A DNA stretch of 64,000 nucleotides, taken from the IMG/VR virus record IMGVR_UViG_3300022701_000176; one strand, 5' to 3'. The DNA comes from a virus. Taxonomy: Duplodnaviria > Heunggongvirae > Uroviricota > Caudoviricetes. Positions 46,766 to 56,755 of the stretch are shown in pieces; position 1 is the stretch's first letter, and the number at the start of each line of letters is the position of its first letter. The translations under genes and the position numbers were made by a program. The notes beneath the pieces are model-generated. The model did not search any database. It worked only from the letters and a program-made list of their open reading frames with translations, and was not told where the DNA came from.

Positions 46766-49700
46766 TTAATATTTAAATAATTCAGTCAGTGCTGATGAAT
46801 TATCAGATCTATTATTTATAAGACCTTCCAACAATTTAGCTTTCAAATTAGCAAACATAGCTCCAAGTAACCATGATGTTCGTGATGGTATCTGAAGAAT
46901 ACTCACGAATTCATAATCAACATCATTTCTGTTTGAAACTAATCTCCAAAGATCATTATCAACCCACATCATAGCAGATACAATTATTTCATAATGAACC
47001 ATATGTATATTTTTATATTCTCCGAATATACTATACATGAATTTGAGTAAATGTATTGGTTTACTTATATTCTCATCTCCATCTATTTGTTTTAATTTTG
47101 TTGGATTATGAAATAATTTATTTGCTATATTAATACCACTAATAATATCTTCATTGTGAGAACCACCATCATCTGAATCTTCATCACTTACTCTATTTAC
47201 AACACCGCTATTGTGAACAAATACACCAGAAGATACTGGAAAATTATGATATTCATTATCAACTTCTAAATCATAAAATTCTTCTTCTTTATCTAATTCT
47301 ATAAATTCTATATTATTAACTTTATGATTGTATCCGCATGGGATGTCATGGTTTGGATCGGGGATAGGAGCATAATCATTATATAATTTATTTCTAAGAT
47401 AATCTGGCGACCACTTGAGAAGATGTTCTCTATCATGTATTTTTCGACCATACATTTCTTTATTAATTTTATCAAATTGACTCAAACATAATCTAATATT
47501 GTTATCTTTCATATGTTGAAGTATTTTATCCATCATTGTTTCTGCAATACGTTGTTGTTTTGATCGATTATCTTCAACTCGATCATCAACAAGATGAGAC
47601 AGAAAATCTGGAGAATGTTTAAGAAGACCTTCTATCGTCTTCCTACTTAACGCTTTTGGATAAACAATTTCATTAGCTTTATCAAATGATGTATAAGTAA
47701 GAGGCATATCGAGTTCTTCCATCTTAGCAAGAACTTTTTTCATACGAGATTCACATTGAAGTTGTTGTCTCGATTTACCAGTTACTTTCCCTTTACTGTC
47801 ACTACTCACTATTCGTCTTTCACCACCAACTGGTTCGAGATGATTAAGATAATCTGGTGATAATTCTAACATCTTTTCTCTATGATGTGTTTTATCACCA
47901 TATATTTCTCTATTTGATTTATCAAAACTACCATATGTCATTGGAAGATTATTTTCTTCCATGTGTTTAAGAACTCTATCCATTCGTGATTCAGCATGAA
48001 GTTGTTGACGAGGTTTTTTAACTATATCATCAATAAATCCAATCATTAAATCTTCATGATCTTTTATTGCATATTTATATGTTGGATATCTTAATCCAGC
48101 AGATTTAAAATATTTTTCTCGAATCATATTAAAGTTCGTAGATGTTTTTTCTAACTTAAGATCAGATATTAATTTTAATATGTTTTCAATACATGTACGC
48201 CTTACTTTAATTGATATTTGTTTACTTTTTTCAGGATTATCAATGTGCCATTGTTTACGTGTTTCTGATGCTTTTATTCTTGCATCCTCTCCATGCATTT
48301 TTATATGTTCATCTGCATCTATTATTTGTATATTTGTAGGATAATCATTTTTAATATCATTATCGATATGATGTCTATGTATATTATTAGTTTTATTTAT
48401 TTTCTCACAATCTGAGTGGTCTGATGATAAATGGAATATTAAATCTCTCCTATAACCATTTGCTTTTGGTTCTTTATAATTTTGTTGAATTCTTCTTCTT
48501 CCCTCCATTCTACTACTAAGTGTACCATATTCTAATAGATAACAAGGCATTAAAGAATCCCATTTCTTTAAATCTTTTGCTTTCTTATATGTACCATTAC
48601 GCATCATCATTTCATGATCAGGTGTAACTTTTATTATTTTCTTATTGTCTAAAGTTATTTTTACCATCTTATTCGTTATATGATCTTTAAACACATTCAA
48701 TACTTTAGATACAACTATTTTTCCATCTGGTGAACATGAAAAAGTATAAATATCTTCACTATTAATATTTATACGTTCATATAATTCATCCATTCGTATA
48801 TGATTATTGTTTACATCTATTATACAAGTGTCGCGTGAAAGGCTTTCATGGAAGGTACGCAGTACAAGCTGCACGAGTCTCTCCCCGATTGAGTGAACAG
48901 CCATTATACCAATTTCATCGCTATGAAGTATTTTATGAAGATTACCATAACAAGTTTTACATATTTTTTCAGATTCACAATAAATTGGAGATCTTAGTTT
49001 TATATTTTTTCCAATTATATCATTTATGTTCGAAGTTCTAATTGGAATAACATTACCATTATCATCCACATAATTTCTCCAGAGTAGAACTCTTGCCATC
49101 TTTTTATCTCGTACATATATCTCCAAATAATCTTTAGTACAACAATCAATTTTATTGTGATCTATTTGATAATTAATACAACTGTATATTAATTGACGTG
49201 TTAAATATCCAGAATCACCAGTTGATAATGCTGTATCCAATAATCCCTTTCTTGCACCATAACACGATTCAAAAAATTCTTTCTGATTCAACCCTTCCAC
49301 CATACTACTTCGAATCAGATCTGGCCTAATATTTCCTTTTGAATCTGATACATAGCCCCTTGTGAATACAAGTTGCTTTGCTTGTTTCCATGAACCTCTC
49401 GCCCCCGACTTTATATACTGTGAGAATGGTAAACTATCTAATAATTCATGTACTTCTTCTGAATTTTCGATAATATTCATATCATCTACAATATTACCAG
49501 TTAATTCTTTATTCTTCTTCAATAATTCTTCTTTGAATATATCATCTAATCCAAGTGTATATCCTCGAATAGTTGACAATGAAAAACCAAGATTTTTAAT
49601 TTTATCCAGTGTTTTTATAACTTTAGATGGTGGATATGATAATACAATTTTATTTAATAAATTAAGTAATTTTCTCTTATCAATAACATCATCTATAATT

Positions 49701-50128
49701 GGATAATCTTCTGGTAAGCATTTATTAAATAATGCTCTCCCTCTTGATAATTGTACCCCTTTATATTCAACTAATTCAGTCAGCATATCATCAGTTGTTT
49801 CACCATTATTAATTTGAGTAGCACCATATATTCCAAGAATAATGTCTTGATTGGGGCGAGGTACAAGAGTAATATCTGTTTGAGATAATAAATTATTCCA
49901 TATTCCTATTCTTTCTTTCACATCATTTTTTGATTCTTCTGTAATTGGAAAGTATAATGCCATACAATCTTGTACATATACACCATCGTGAGTTGAAAAT
50001 GTAAAATAATCTTCAACAGTGAAATCATATCCAATTGTTTTAGATGGATCTTTTTTAATAGAGATAGAAGAAACAGGAATTAAATTATATTTTTCTTCCA
50101 ATTCTTTTTTTGATATTTTATTCGTCAT
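46766..50128 (-). CDS. RNA polymerase beta-prime C-terminal portion, carrying an Int-C-like N-terminus and a contiguous intein
   Basis: Extein motifs: CMALYFPITEES...LVPRPNQDIILGIYGAT (E. coli QMAVHVP...IIVPSQDVVLGLYYMT), GARKGLLDTALSTGDSGYLTRQLI, IGERLVQLVLRTFH (trigger loop), and C-terminal HYEIIVSAMM / SRTSWLLGAMFANLK. Confidence 0.8.
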   Translation of the reverse strand: MTNKISKKELEEKYNLIPVSSISIKKDPSKTIGYDFTVEDYFTFSTHDGVYVQDCMALYFPITEESKNDVKERIGIWNNLLSQTDITLVPRPNQDIILGIYGATQINNGETTDDMLTELVEYKGVQLSRGRALFNKCLPEDYPIIDDVIDKRKLLNLLNKIVLSYPPSKVIKTLDKIKNLGFSLSTIRGYTLGLDDIFKEELLKKNKELTGNIVDDMNIIENSEEVHELLDSLPFSQYIKSGARGSWKQAKQLVFTRGYVSDSKGNIRPDLIRSSMVEGLNQKEFFESCYGARKGLLDTALSTGDSGYLTRQLIYSCINYQIDHNKIDCCTKDYLEIYVRDKKMARVLLWRNYVDDNGNVIPIRTSNINDIIGKNIKLRSPIYCESEKICKTCYGNLHKILHSDEIGIMAVHSIGERLVQLVLRTFHESLSRDTCIIDVNNNHIRMDELYERININSEDIYTFSCSPDGKIVVSKVLNVFKDHITNKMVKITLDNKKIIKVTPDHEMMMRNGTYKKAKDLKKWDSLMPCYLLEYGTLSSRMEGRRRIQQNYKEPKANGYRRDLIFHLSSDHSDCEKINKTNNIHRHHIDNDIKNDYPTNIQIIDADEHIKMHGEDARIKASETRKQWHIDNPEKSKQISIKVRRTCIENILKLISDLKLEKTSTNFNMIREKYFKSAGLRYPTYKYAIKDHEDLMIGFIDDIVKKPRQQLHAESRMDRVLKHMEENNLPMTYGSFDKSNREIYGDKTHHREKMLELSPDYLNHLEPVGGERRIVSSDSKGKVTGKSRQQLQCESRMKKVLAKMEELDMPLTYTSFDKANEIVYPKALSRKTIEGLLKHSPDFLSHLVDDRVEDNRSKQQRIAETMMDKILQHMKDNNIRLCLSQFDKINKEMYGRKIHDREHLLKWSPDYLRNKLYNDYAPIPDPNHDIPCGYNHKVNNIEFIELDKEEEFYDLEVDNEYHNFPVSSGVFVHNSGVVNRVSDEDSDDGGSHNEDIISGINIANKLFHNPTKLKQIDGDENISKPIHLLKFMYSIFGEYKNIHMVHYEIIVSAMMWVDNDLWRLVSNRNDVDYEFVSILQIPSRTSWLLGAMFANLKAKLLEGLINNRSDNSSALTELFKY
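47210..48826 (-). mobile_element. intein (about 539 aa) with HNH endonuclease domain and three tandem ~58-aa repeats, inserted after RTFHESLSRDT
   Basis: Hint block A CIIDVNNNHIRM, block B VTPDHEMMM, and C-terminal block G SSGVFVHN followed by +1 Ser. Internal HRHHIDNDIKND...HIKMHGED (HNH-like). Three repeats: QQLHAESRMDRVLKHMEENNLPMTYGSFDKSNREIYG, QQLQCESRMKKVLAKMEELDMPLTYTSFDKANEIVYP, QQRIAETMMDKILQHMKDNNIRLCLSQFDKINKEMYG. Confidence 0.6.
49967..50128 (-). mobile_element. Int-C-like segment (C-terminal half of a split intein) at the N-terminus of the beta-prime C ORF
   Basis: 54 aa ending ...IGYDFTVEDYFTFSTHDGVYVQD (block F-like YDFTVED; block G-like GVYVQD with Gln-Asp in place of His-Asn), immediately followed by Cys+1 (CMALYFP). 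Confidence 0.45.
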
Positions 50129-50145
50129 TATAATTTTTTCCTTTT

Positions 50146-51258
50146 TTAAGCTGTTAATTTTTCTTTTTCTTCTACCAGTTTAAAATTATATTCATTTAAC
50201 TTTCGTTTTATATAATTTAAATTCTTATCTGAAACATCATGTAATGGATTTAATTTCCAACAATTTGTTTCATAATTTATTAATGATAAAGAACATATAT
50301 ATTTTTCATTTGTAATTATAACAAATGCATTATAACCATTATCTATTCCAGATTTTATCTCATATCTAATATTTCTATTCTTTTCAAAATGTAATAATTC
50401 AAAATGTTTTACTTCGATTAACCATTTTGAATTATTATTTTTAGAATCTGTTATCATGATATCTGGAAACCAATAATGATTAATTCCATTTTCATCATAA
50501 TAAGATAATCTTATTTTCGGTTGTGGAGTTATAATATGTGAACCATAATTTTTATATAGATAATTAAGAATAAATGTTTCTGATCCTTGTACATTTACTA
50601 TTTTGCCATCTGGTGTCTCATATTCATCACTATTTGATTCCGTTATCTTAGTACGAATATCTAAATCTTGACTTACATTTTCAACACCATACTTTTTATA
50701 AACACCATCTTTTTGAAGTTGTTTACCAGCTTCAGATTGCCACGGGTAATCTGTTCCCCAATTTTTTCTTGAAGTTTCAATCTTCTTTTGTTTAATATCT
50801 TCAAATTGAGAAATATTATCAACTCCATACTTCTTTTTTATCGTCTTTTTTGCAGTATCATGATAAGCTGATTTTAAAGATCCAAAATTCTTCTTAGCAG
50901 TTTTTTGCCGTTTAGCATTAACTTCTTTTAAACTCTGATAACATTTTTTATTACCACATGATATATTGAATCCTTCCGTAGCACTCTTAAATCCACATGG
51001 TTTACCACATTTACACATTGGAATATCATTTTCAGTATGAATATCATTCATTATACAATAAAGACGATAAGAGAAAGGTGCTCTTGGAACTTTTTTAGAC
51101 AATTTAAAAAATCGATCTAAATGTTTAGTTACTTCAGTTACTTCATTAAGAATAACTTTTGTTCGACTTAAACTTCTTATCATATTAGTTAAATCATTAT
51201 TAAATTTAGTTTCTAACTGATTTTCAAAATAATCTTTCAGTTCATTAAGAGTTCTCAT
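50146..51258 (-). CDS. free-standing endonuclease-like protein (zinc finger, YGV(E/D)N repeats, C-terminal PD-(D/E)xK motif)
   Basis: CKCGKPCG...CGNKKC; repeated KKYGVDNISQ / KKYGVENVSQ; YWFPDIMITD...WLIEVKHFE (PD...ExK). It lies exactly between the two beta-prime halves. Confidence 0.45.
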   Translation of the reverse strand: MRTLNELKDYFENQLETKFNNDLTNMIRSLSRTKVILNEVTEVTKHLDRFFKLSKKVPRAPFSYRLYCIMNDIHTENDIPMCKCGKPCGFKSATEGFNISCGNKKCYQSLKEVNAKRQKTAKKNFGSLKSAYHDTAKKTIKKKYGVDNISQFEDIKQKKIETSRKNWGTDYPWQSEAGKQLQKDGVYKKYGVENVSQDLDIRTKITESNSDEYETPDGKIVNVQGSETFILNYLYKNYGSHIITPQPKIRLSYYDENGINHYWFPDIMITDSKNNNSKWLIEVKHFELLHFEKNRNIRYEIKSGIDNGYNAFVIITNEKYICSLSLINYETNCWKLNPLHDVSDKNLNYIKRKLNEYNFKLVEEKEKLTA

Positions 51259-52843
51259 TATAATTTTCCTTTTGTTGAATCAAATATTTACCATATGGAT
51301 TTTCTAATAATTCTTTTGGTGATATTTTCTTTATTGATTCATCAACTTCATCATAAACAATTAATGAATGATCAGACGATGAATGAAATGGTTTGAATTG
51401 ATTGGAATCAGGATCACTTAATTCATACATTTCAATATTCTTATGAATAGAAAATTCAGTTATTTTCTTATATTCATTATTTCCAGTATCACAATCTATG
51501 GCTTTTATTTTAATATTATCAACTGGTTCATATTTTTCTACTGTGACTCCATCTGATCTGGTTTTGGTTTCTTTCAATTTCTTTGTATACTTCTTAAATT
51601 CTGATATGTGGAAAGTATCAAAATTCCCATCAGAAGTCAATACTTCAATATCTGCACTAACACTGTCGCCATCGAAATCTGCATTGTATGGAGGGCATAT
51701 CATTGGATGTATTCTAATAGTATGCCCAAGATGAACTTTGGCTTTAAATCCAAGAATACCAAGACGATGAAGAGTAGGTTGTCTATTAAGTATACATAGT
51801 TTATCAACCATAAATTCTTGAACATATCCATATAATTCATCACTATCATATTTCAAACAATCATCTATCCATTTAACTGCATCATTATATTTCTTTTTTG
51901 CTTTTCTATTTACAAGATATACTGTTAATTGAGGTTTAAGTATTTCAAGAATAACTTTATACGGAATACTACATTCATCCAAATTAAGATTTGGATCGGG
52001 TGATATAACAGCCCTTCCTGAAAAATCAACTCTTTTTCCAAGAATATTTGATCGTATTAATCCCTTCTTTTTACTCATTTTAGATAATACATAATCATAT
52101 AATTCAATTACGAGCAATTGAATATGTTTAAAATTAGTTTTATATATATCATCTGTTTCTGGAACTTTATATGGTAAAGAATTATATCTATTTATTTTAA
52201 CCAATAAATACGAATAAAAAGAATTAATTTCATCTATTATTCTTGTTCCATTTGCAGTTGTACTTCCACACGGTCTAAAATCCGGTGGAATTACAGTTAT
52301 CTCATCTATAGTTATATTATCAAAATTATCTCTGACATATTGAAATGATGTATCATATTTATCTATAAGATCTTTAACTATTTCAATTGCACCATTTAAT
52401 CCAACTAATTTTTTACTGGTGTCATCTATAGATTCATCAAATAATACAACATCACCATCTTCATTAAAAATATATTCTTTACTATATTTCAATGTATTTA
52501 ATATTATATCTTTATAGTTTGGTTTTATATATGTAATTATATAAAGAAATATTGGATTAAATATTTTGAATGGTATTTTTATTACACCGAATCTTCTCCT
52601 TCGTTCGTCAGATGATGTGATATCTACTCCACAAGATGGGCAGGTTTCTAAATCTAAATTTCTCCCTCTATAGCTTGATGATCGATTACAAGCACATTTG
52701 AAACTTCTTATTGGTCCAAATATTTGTTGGGAGAATAATCCGTCTTTTGAAAATTTTCCAGATTCAAAAATTTTGGGATTTAATATTCTGCTTATTTCTT
52801 CTTCTTCATTATTATCTCTTTGTTGTTTTAGCTCAAGTTTCAT
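51245..52843 (-). CDS. RNA polymerase beta-prime N-terminal portion (ends at catalytic NADFDGD plus Int-N-like tail)
   Basis: Zinc-binding CAC...CPSCG, FGVIKIPFKIFNPIF, NRQPTLHRLGILGFKAKV and ICPPYNADFDGD. Confidence 0.8.
   Translation of the reverse strand: MKLELKQQRDNNEEEEISRILNPKIFESGKFSKDGLFSQQIFGPIRSFKCACNRSSSYRGRNLDLETCPSCGVDITSSDERRRRFGVIKIPFKIFNPIFLYIITYIKPNYKDIILNTLKYSKEYIFNEDGDVVLFDESIDDTSKKLVGLNGAIEIVKDLIDKYDTSFQYVRDNFDNITIDEITVIPPDFRPCGSTTANGTRIIDEINSFYSYLLVKINRYNSLPYKVPETDDIYKTNFKHIQLLVIELYDYVLSKMSKKKGLIRSNILGKRVDFSGRAVISPDPNLNLDECSIPYKVILEILKPQLTVYLVNRKAKKKYNDAVKWIDDCLKYDSDELYGYVQEFMVDKLCILNRQPTLHRLGILGFKAKVHLGHTIRIHPMICPPYNADFDGDSVSADIEVLTSDGNFDTFHISEFKKYTKKLKETKTRSDGVTVEKYEPVDNIKIKAIDCDTGNNEYKKITEFSIHKNIEMYELSDPDSNQFKPFHSSSDHSLIVYDEVDESIKKISPKELLENPYGKYLIQQKENYNENS
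51248..51664 (-). mobile_element. Int-N-like segment (N-terminal half of a split intein) fused after NADFDGD
   Basis: 139 aa starting SVSADIEVLTSDG (block A-like with Ser1) and containing FHSSSDHSLIVYD (block B-like TxxH). Confidence 0.45.
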
Positions 52844-52859
52844 AAATTATCTCCCTCCT

Positions 52860-53567
52860 TTAAACTAATCTACTTATCCACTTTGGTTTCCAATAACAAT
52901 CGTCTAAATTATATGTTTCAATGCAAGATATTAACTTACATATATTTGCATAATTAAGTTCTTTAAGTTTAAATTCACCCAAGCAATATGCTCTATTTTG
53001 ATTAGCATTTGGATGATGGTGTGATAGAATTAAACTTATAATGTTACAATAAGGGTCTGTAAATATTGTACATTTTTCTACTATATCACATTTTATACTA
53101 ATTGGTATAGTATATATTTTTTTACGATATATGACTTTTTTAGGTCTAATTTTATCATATATATCCAAACTACTGTTAGATATTGATATATTTGGTGTCG
53201 CTTTAATTAGTTCACCAAATTTTTTATTTAAATTAGTTAAATATGATTGTATTTCGAATTGAGCAATATCCACATTATAATTGTTCTTATATTTATTTTC
53301 TAAATAAGATAATATATCATGTAAACCATCCCATAATAATAATATAAATATAGTTATATTTTTACTAATAATCATTATAGAATGTTCACTATATATTATA
53401 TCATCACTCAATCGTCTTAATTTATTTTTCAAATATTTTTCATTAACATGCAAATATTTAAATATTTTTAATTTATTTCTATGCTCGATAGATTCTATGA
53501 ACGTAAAACGAAATTTTGCTATAAGCCCCTTTCTCTCCAAATCTCTCACAATTTGATTTACATTCAT
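52860..53567 (-). CDS. hypothetical protein
   Basis: 235-aa ORF with no recognised motif. Confidence 0.4.
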   Translation of the reverse strand: MNVNQIVRDLERKGLIAKFRFTFIESIEHRNKLKIFKYLHVNEKYLKNKLRRLSDDIIYSEHSIMIISKNITIFILLLWDGLHDILSYLENKYKNNYNVDIAQFEIQSYLTNLNKKFGELIKATPNISISNSSLDIYDKIRPKKVIYRKKIYTIPISIKCDIVEKCTIFTDPYCNIISLILSHHHPNANQNRAYCLGEFKLKELNYANICKLISCIETYNLDDCYWKPKWISRLV

Positions 53568-53650
53568 CTGTTTGTCCTTTTAATTAATTCACGTAATATA
53601 TAATTTTTGTCGCTACCCGCCCCTTTCCTGATATATCCCCTTATTTTATA

Positions 53651-54082
53651 TTAAAAATTCATTTTTTTATTTCTCATATGTAGTTTTAATGTTTCTTTTG
53701 TTATATTCAATTCTTCATTTAATTGAGTTATTAACATGGATGCGCTATTTTCTTCTTCTTCAAGTTGTTTATATTCGCTTTCTAACTCTCTCAATCGTGT
53801 CGTTTGATTTCGTTTTAATTCAAGTAACTTTTTAATAGTGAAATCTTTTGCTTCAATTTCACTTTTTAAATCAATTATTTCATTAGTCATTTGATCATTA
53901 TCGTTTTCATTATTACATTCTTCAACGAGATCAACTAATGCATCTATTATTTCTACTGCTTCGGTATATGCATTAAACAGATCAATTTTAGTTATCTTGT
54001 TAAGTGAAGATTTTGTTATAATAGTATATTCATCAGTAACAAAATCACCACATAAAGTAACATCTACTTTTTTTGTTCTCAT
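53651..54082 (-). CDS. hypothetical coiled-coil protein
   Basis: Heptad-rich, E/K/L-rich C-terminus. Confidence 0.4.
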   Translation of the reverse strand: MRTKKVDVTLCGDFVTDEYTIITKSSLNKITKIDLFNAYTEAVEIIDALVDLVEECNNENDNDQMTNEIIDLKSEIEAKDFTIKKLLELKRNQTTRLRELESEYKQLEEEENSASMLITQLNEELNITKETLKLHMRNKKMNF

Positions 54083-54158
54083 TATTATATTTCTCCTATT
54101 TTATATTTGGGGATGATTTAAAACCATCCCCAAATATCATGTTAATTTTATCGATTGA

Positions 54159-55223
54159 TTACTTTTTGCCTTGAGAAATTTTTTCAGCGAACGATTGAAA
54201 CTGAGTCATCATATCTTCTGATTGTTTAGAAGATACAGTTGCTTCAGATAATTTTCTCATTTGCTCATATGCATTGTCGAGTTTATCAGTTGATTTTGCA
54301 AGTTCTTCTTCAAGATTCTTTATTCTTGATGATAATAGTACAGTCTTTTCATTAAGAACTCTGACTTCTGCATCGCTTTCAGCTTTAGTGACTGCAAGTT
54401 TATTCTCGTAATTAGATTTTACTGCGTTGGTGGCGATAGCTTTCTCTTTCTCGAACTTCTCTTTTAATTCATCGGGAATATCTTCGATTCTTTGTTCCAA
54501 TTCGTTGATTCGTTCAAGATACTCATCTTGTTCCATTTTCACTTTTTCGAACTCTTCTTTCTCATGTTCGAATTCTTTTCGACGTTGAGCAAGTAGAGTT
54601 TCAAATTCTTCCCTTTGAATTTTCAACTCATTTTTAAATGCGTCTCTATCATCTCGTTGTTTAATTTTCTTATTGTATTCATATTCTTCTTGTTCACGAT
54701 CAATTTTAATTTTGAATTCTTCTAATTCCCGTTCGAGTCTTGCCTTTTCTCCTTCATATTCTTGTCGTGTAGATGCAATCTTTTCAGCTTTATCGGCTTT
54801 ATGTTTAGCTTCAAATTCTTTTGCAGCATTCATCAATGTAAGAAGTGTTCCTGCCGCTTCTTCGATGCCATACAGTTCTTCAAGTTTAGATGATTGTTCT
54901 TCGATTGCTGTATTAAATGAAGATAATTCTTCATTCTTTTTAACAATCTCATCAGCCACTTTCCTGGTGATGGATGATAGTGATTTGATGAGTTGTTCTG
55001 AAAGTTCGTCTCTTAATTTATCAGAGTCACCACCAATAAGATTACCGATCATATCAAATGATGCCTGAACTTTTTGGGCATGTTCTTCTTTTTCGGGATT
55101 AAAATCATCAAATCCAAGCTGTTCAAGAAGCTCTCTCTGCTTTTCGACAATTTTTATAAATTCGGCTTTGGTAGTTCTTTTAACAACAGTCTTATTTTCC
55201 GTATCAATATTAATGTCTACCAT
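54159..55223 (-). CDS. hypothetical coiled-coil protein (E/K-rich)
   Basis: Long E/K-rich helical repeats; listed ORF 54673..55068(+) is its shadow. Confidence 0.4.
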   Translation of the reverse strand: MVDINIDTENKTVVKRTTKAEFIKIVEKQRELLEQLGFDDFNPEKEEHAQKVQASFDMIGNLIGGDSDKLRDELSEQLIKSLSSITRKVADEIVKKNEELSSFNTAIEEQSSKLEELYGIEEAAGTLLTLMNAAKEFEAKHKADKAEKIASTRQEYEGEKARLERELEEFKIKIDREQEEYEYNKKIKQRDDRDAFKNELKIQREEFETLLAQRRKEFEHEKEEFEKVKMEQDEYLERINELEQRIEDIPDELKEKFEKEKAIATNAVKSNYENKLAVTKAESDAEVRVLNEKTVLLSSRIKNLEEELAKSTDKLDNAYEQMRKLSEATVSSKQSEDMMTQFQSFAEKISQGKK

Positions 55224-55279
55224 TTTAATCTCCTAAAAAATATCTTTTAATTTTGTTTTTAACACTTCATGATAATTTC

Positions 55280-56440
55280 TTATTTTTCTTTATACTTTAC
55301 ATCAACTCTTTCTGATTTTTTGAAATGTCTTTTTCGTATAGCAACCCCCCTTTCACCTACTTTTGGTTGAAACAATATAAGCCGATCCCATTCAATTCTT
55401 TTTCTTGGAAGTTTAAATCCAGTTTGCCATGTTGTATCTTTTATCCATGATGGGAATGCATCTTTCTCACCGCGTTCTTTCCATTTTTTATAATATGAAC
55501 ATTCGGTTGCTCTTGTCATAAATCTTAAATTTTCAAGAGCAGATCTGTATTTCTTCGCCATAGTTGATAATAATTCAAGATTTTCTACATTGTGATCATA
55601 TAAAGGCCAATCACTATCATTGTATGGTATATCTATTTCTACATGAAATGCATCAACTTTTATTGATTTTCGTTCACCTACATCTTTTGATTTTGGTCTT
55701 GGTGGATAGAATACAGAATCTTCTTTATAGAATATTCCATTAGCTTTCATTTCTTTTATATGAAGATTTATATAACTTAATTCTCTTTTCAATCGATCAA
55801 TAAGTATCTTTGATATGAAATAATACTGACCATAAAGACCAGTCCATCTATTTGGGTGAACAAAGTTTTTAAACACAATTCTATTTGAACCTGTCAGCAA
55901 TTTATGTTCTGTTAAGAATTGATTTTCTTGTCGATCAGATGGGAATTGTATAGTTTCCCATCCACTATATAATGTTCCATCGAAATCAGTCATGGCATAA
56001 TTTCGAAAATCACCAACATCACTTTTAGTAATTACATTTGCATCCATCATTTTCAATGAGAAAATAAATGTGTCTTTGTTTGATACAAGTCTGAGAATCT
56101 TTCCATGTCGATTTTCTCCAGACACCACCAATTGACCTTCTTTTATACTTTTTCCTCTTATTCTTTCATATGTTGGAATATTTATAATCGCGCCTCTATC
56201 AATCAATGCGTACAAGAATACTGCAAGATCGAGATCTGTTCCAACGAAAACCTCATCTTTATATGCAGGACCAGGTTTTCTTGAATAAAGATCGTAATCC
56301 CAATAACCTAATACATCATCAATATATGATGATTCATATATATTGAAGTTACGATTGCAAATATCTTTTACAATTTGTCTATCTAATACACTTGTTAATG
56401 TTTTGGCAACATGTTTCGACATATTATTTCTCCTAATCAT
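55280..56440 (-). CDS. hypothetical protein with HAD-like DxDGT motif
   Basis: YAMTDFDGTLYSGW; no further assignment. Confidence 0.3.
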   Translation of the reverse strand: MIRRNNMSKHVAKTLTSVLDRQIVKDICNRNFNIYESSYIDDVLGYWDYDLYSRKPGPAYKDEVFVGTDLDLAVFLYALIDRGAIINIPTYERIRGKSIKEGQLVVSGENRHGKILRLVSNKDTFIFSLKMMDANVITKSDVGDFRNYAMTDFDGTLYSGWETIQFPSDRQENQFLTEHKLLTGSNRIVFKNFVHPNRWTGLYGQYYFISKILIDRLKRELSYINLHIKEMKANGIFYKEDSVFYPPRPKSKDVGERKSIKVDAFHVEIDIPYNDSDWPLYDHNVENLELLSTMAKKYRSALENLRFMTRATECSYYKKWKERGEKDAFPSWIKDTTWQTGFKLPRKRIEWDRLILFQPKVGERGVAIRKRHFKKSERVDVKYKEK

Positions 56441-56449
56441 ATAATCTTA

Positions 56450-56490
56450 CTAAATATATTAAATTTTAGATCTGTCGCAAGACAGTAGAT
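56450..56490 (+). promoter_or_regulatory. TATAT motif plus CTGTC-GCAA-GACAG stem-loop element (copy 4), antisense to the operon's last gene
   Basis: ctaaatatattaaattttagatCTGTCgcaaGACAGtagatc. Confidence 0.35.
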
Positions 56491-56755
56491 CTTTAATCGC
56501 CCCTTTTAAATCTTTCAATTTCAATAATCTTTTTTCATATTCAACATTCTCAAATATAAATTTTTCTTTATCTTCAGATATCAATTCAGCGTGAATATGT
56601 AATATTTCATCAAAATCCAATATTTTCATTACATCTAAATATAGTATCATTAAAGGTTTCATATCTATTATTTCTTTTGATGTTGTAATTATTACGTCCA
56701 TTACAAATTTTACAATATCATCAATATCTTCATCTGGTTCACAAAAAATCAACAT
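56459..56755 (-). CDS. hypothetical protein (last gene of the E1/JAB operon)
   Basis: 98 aa; overlaps the upstream gene by 7 nt. Confidence 0.4.
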   Translation of the reverse strand: MLIFCEPDEDIDDIVKFVMDVIITTSKEIIDMKPLMILYLDVMKILDFDEILHIHAELISEDKEKFIFENVEYEKRLLKLKDLKGAIKDLLSCDRSKI

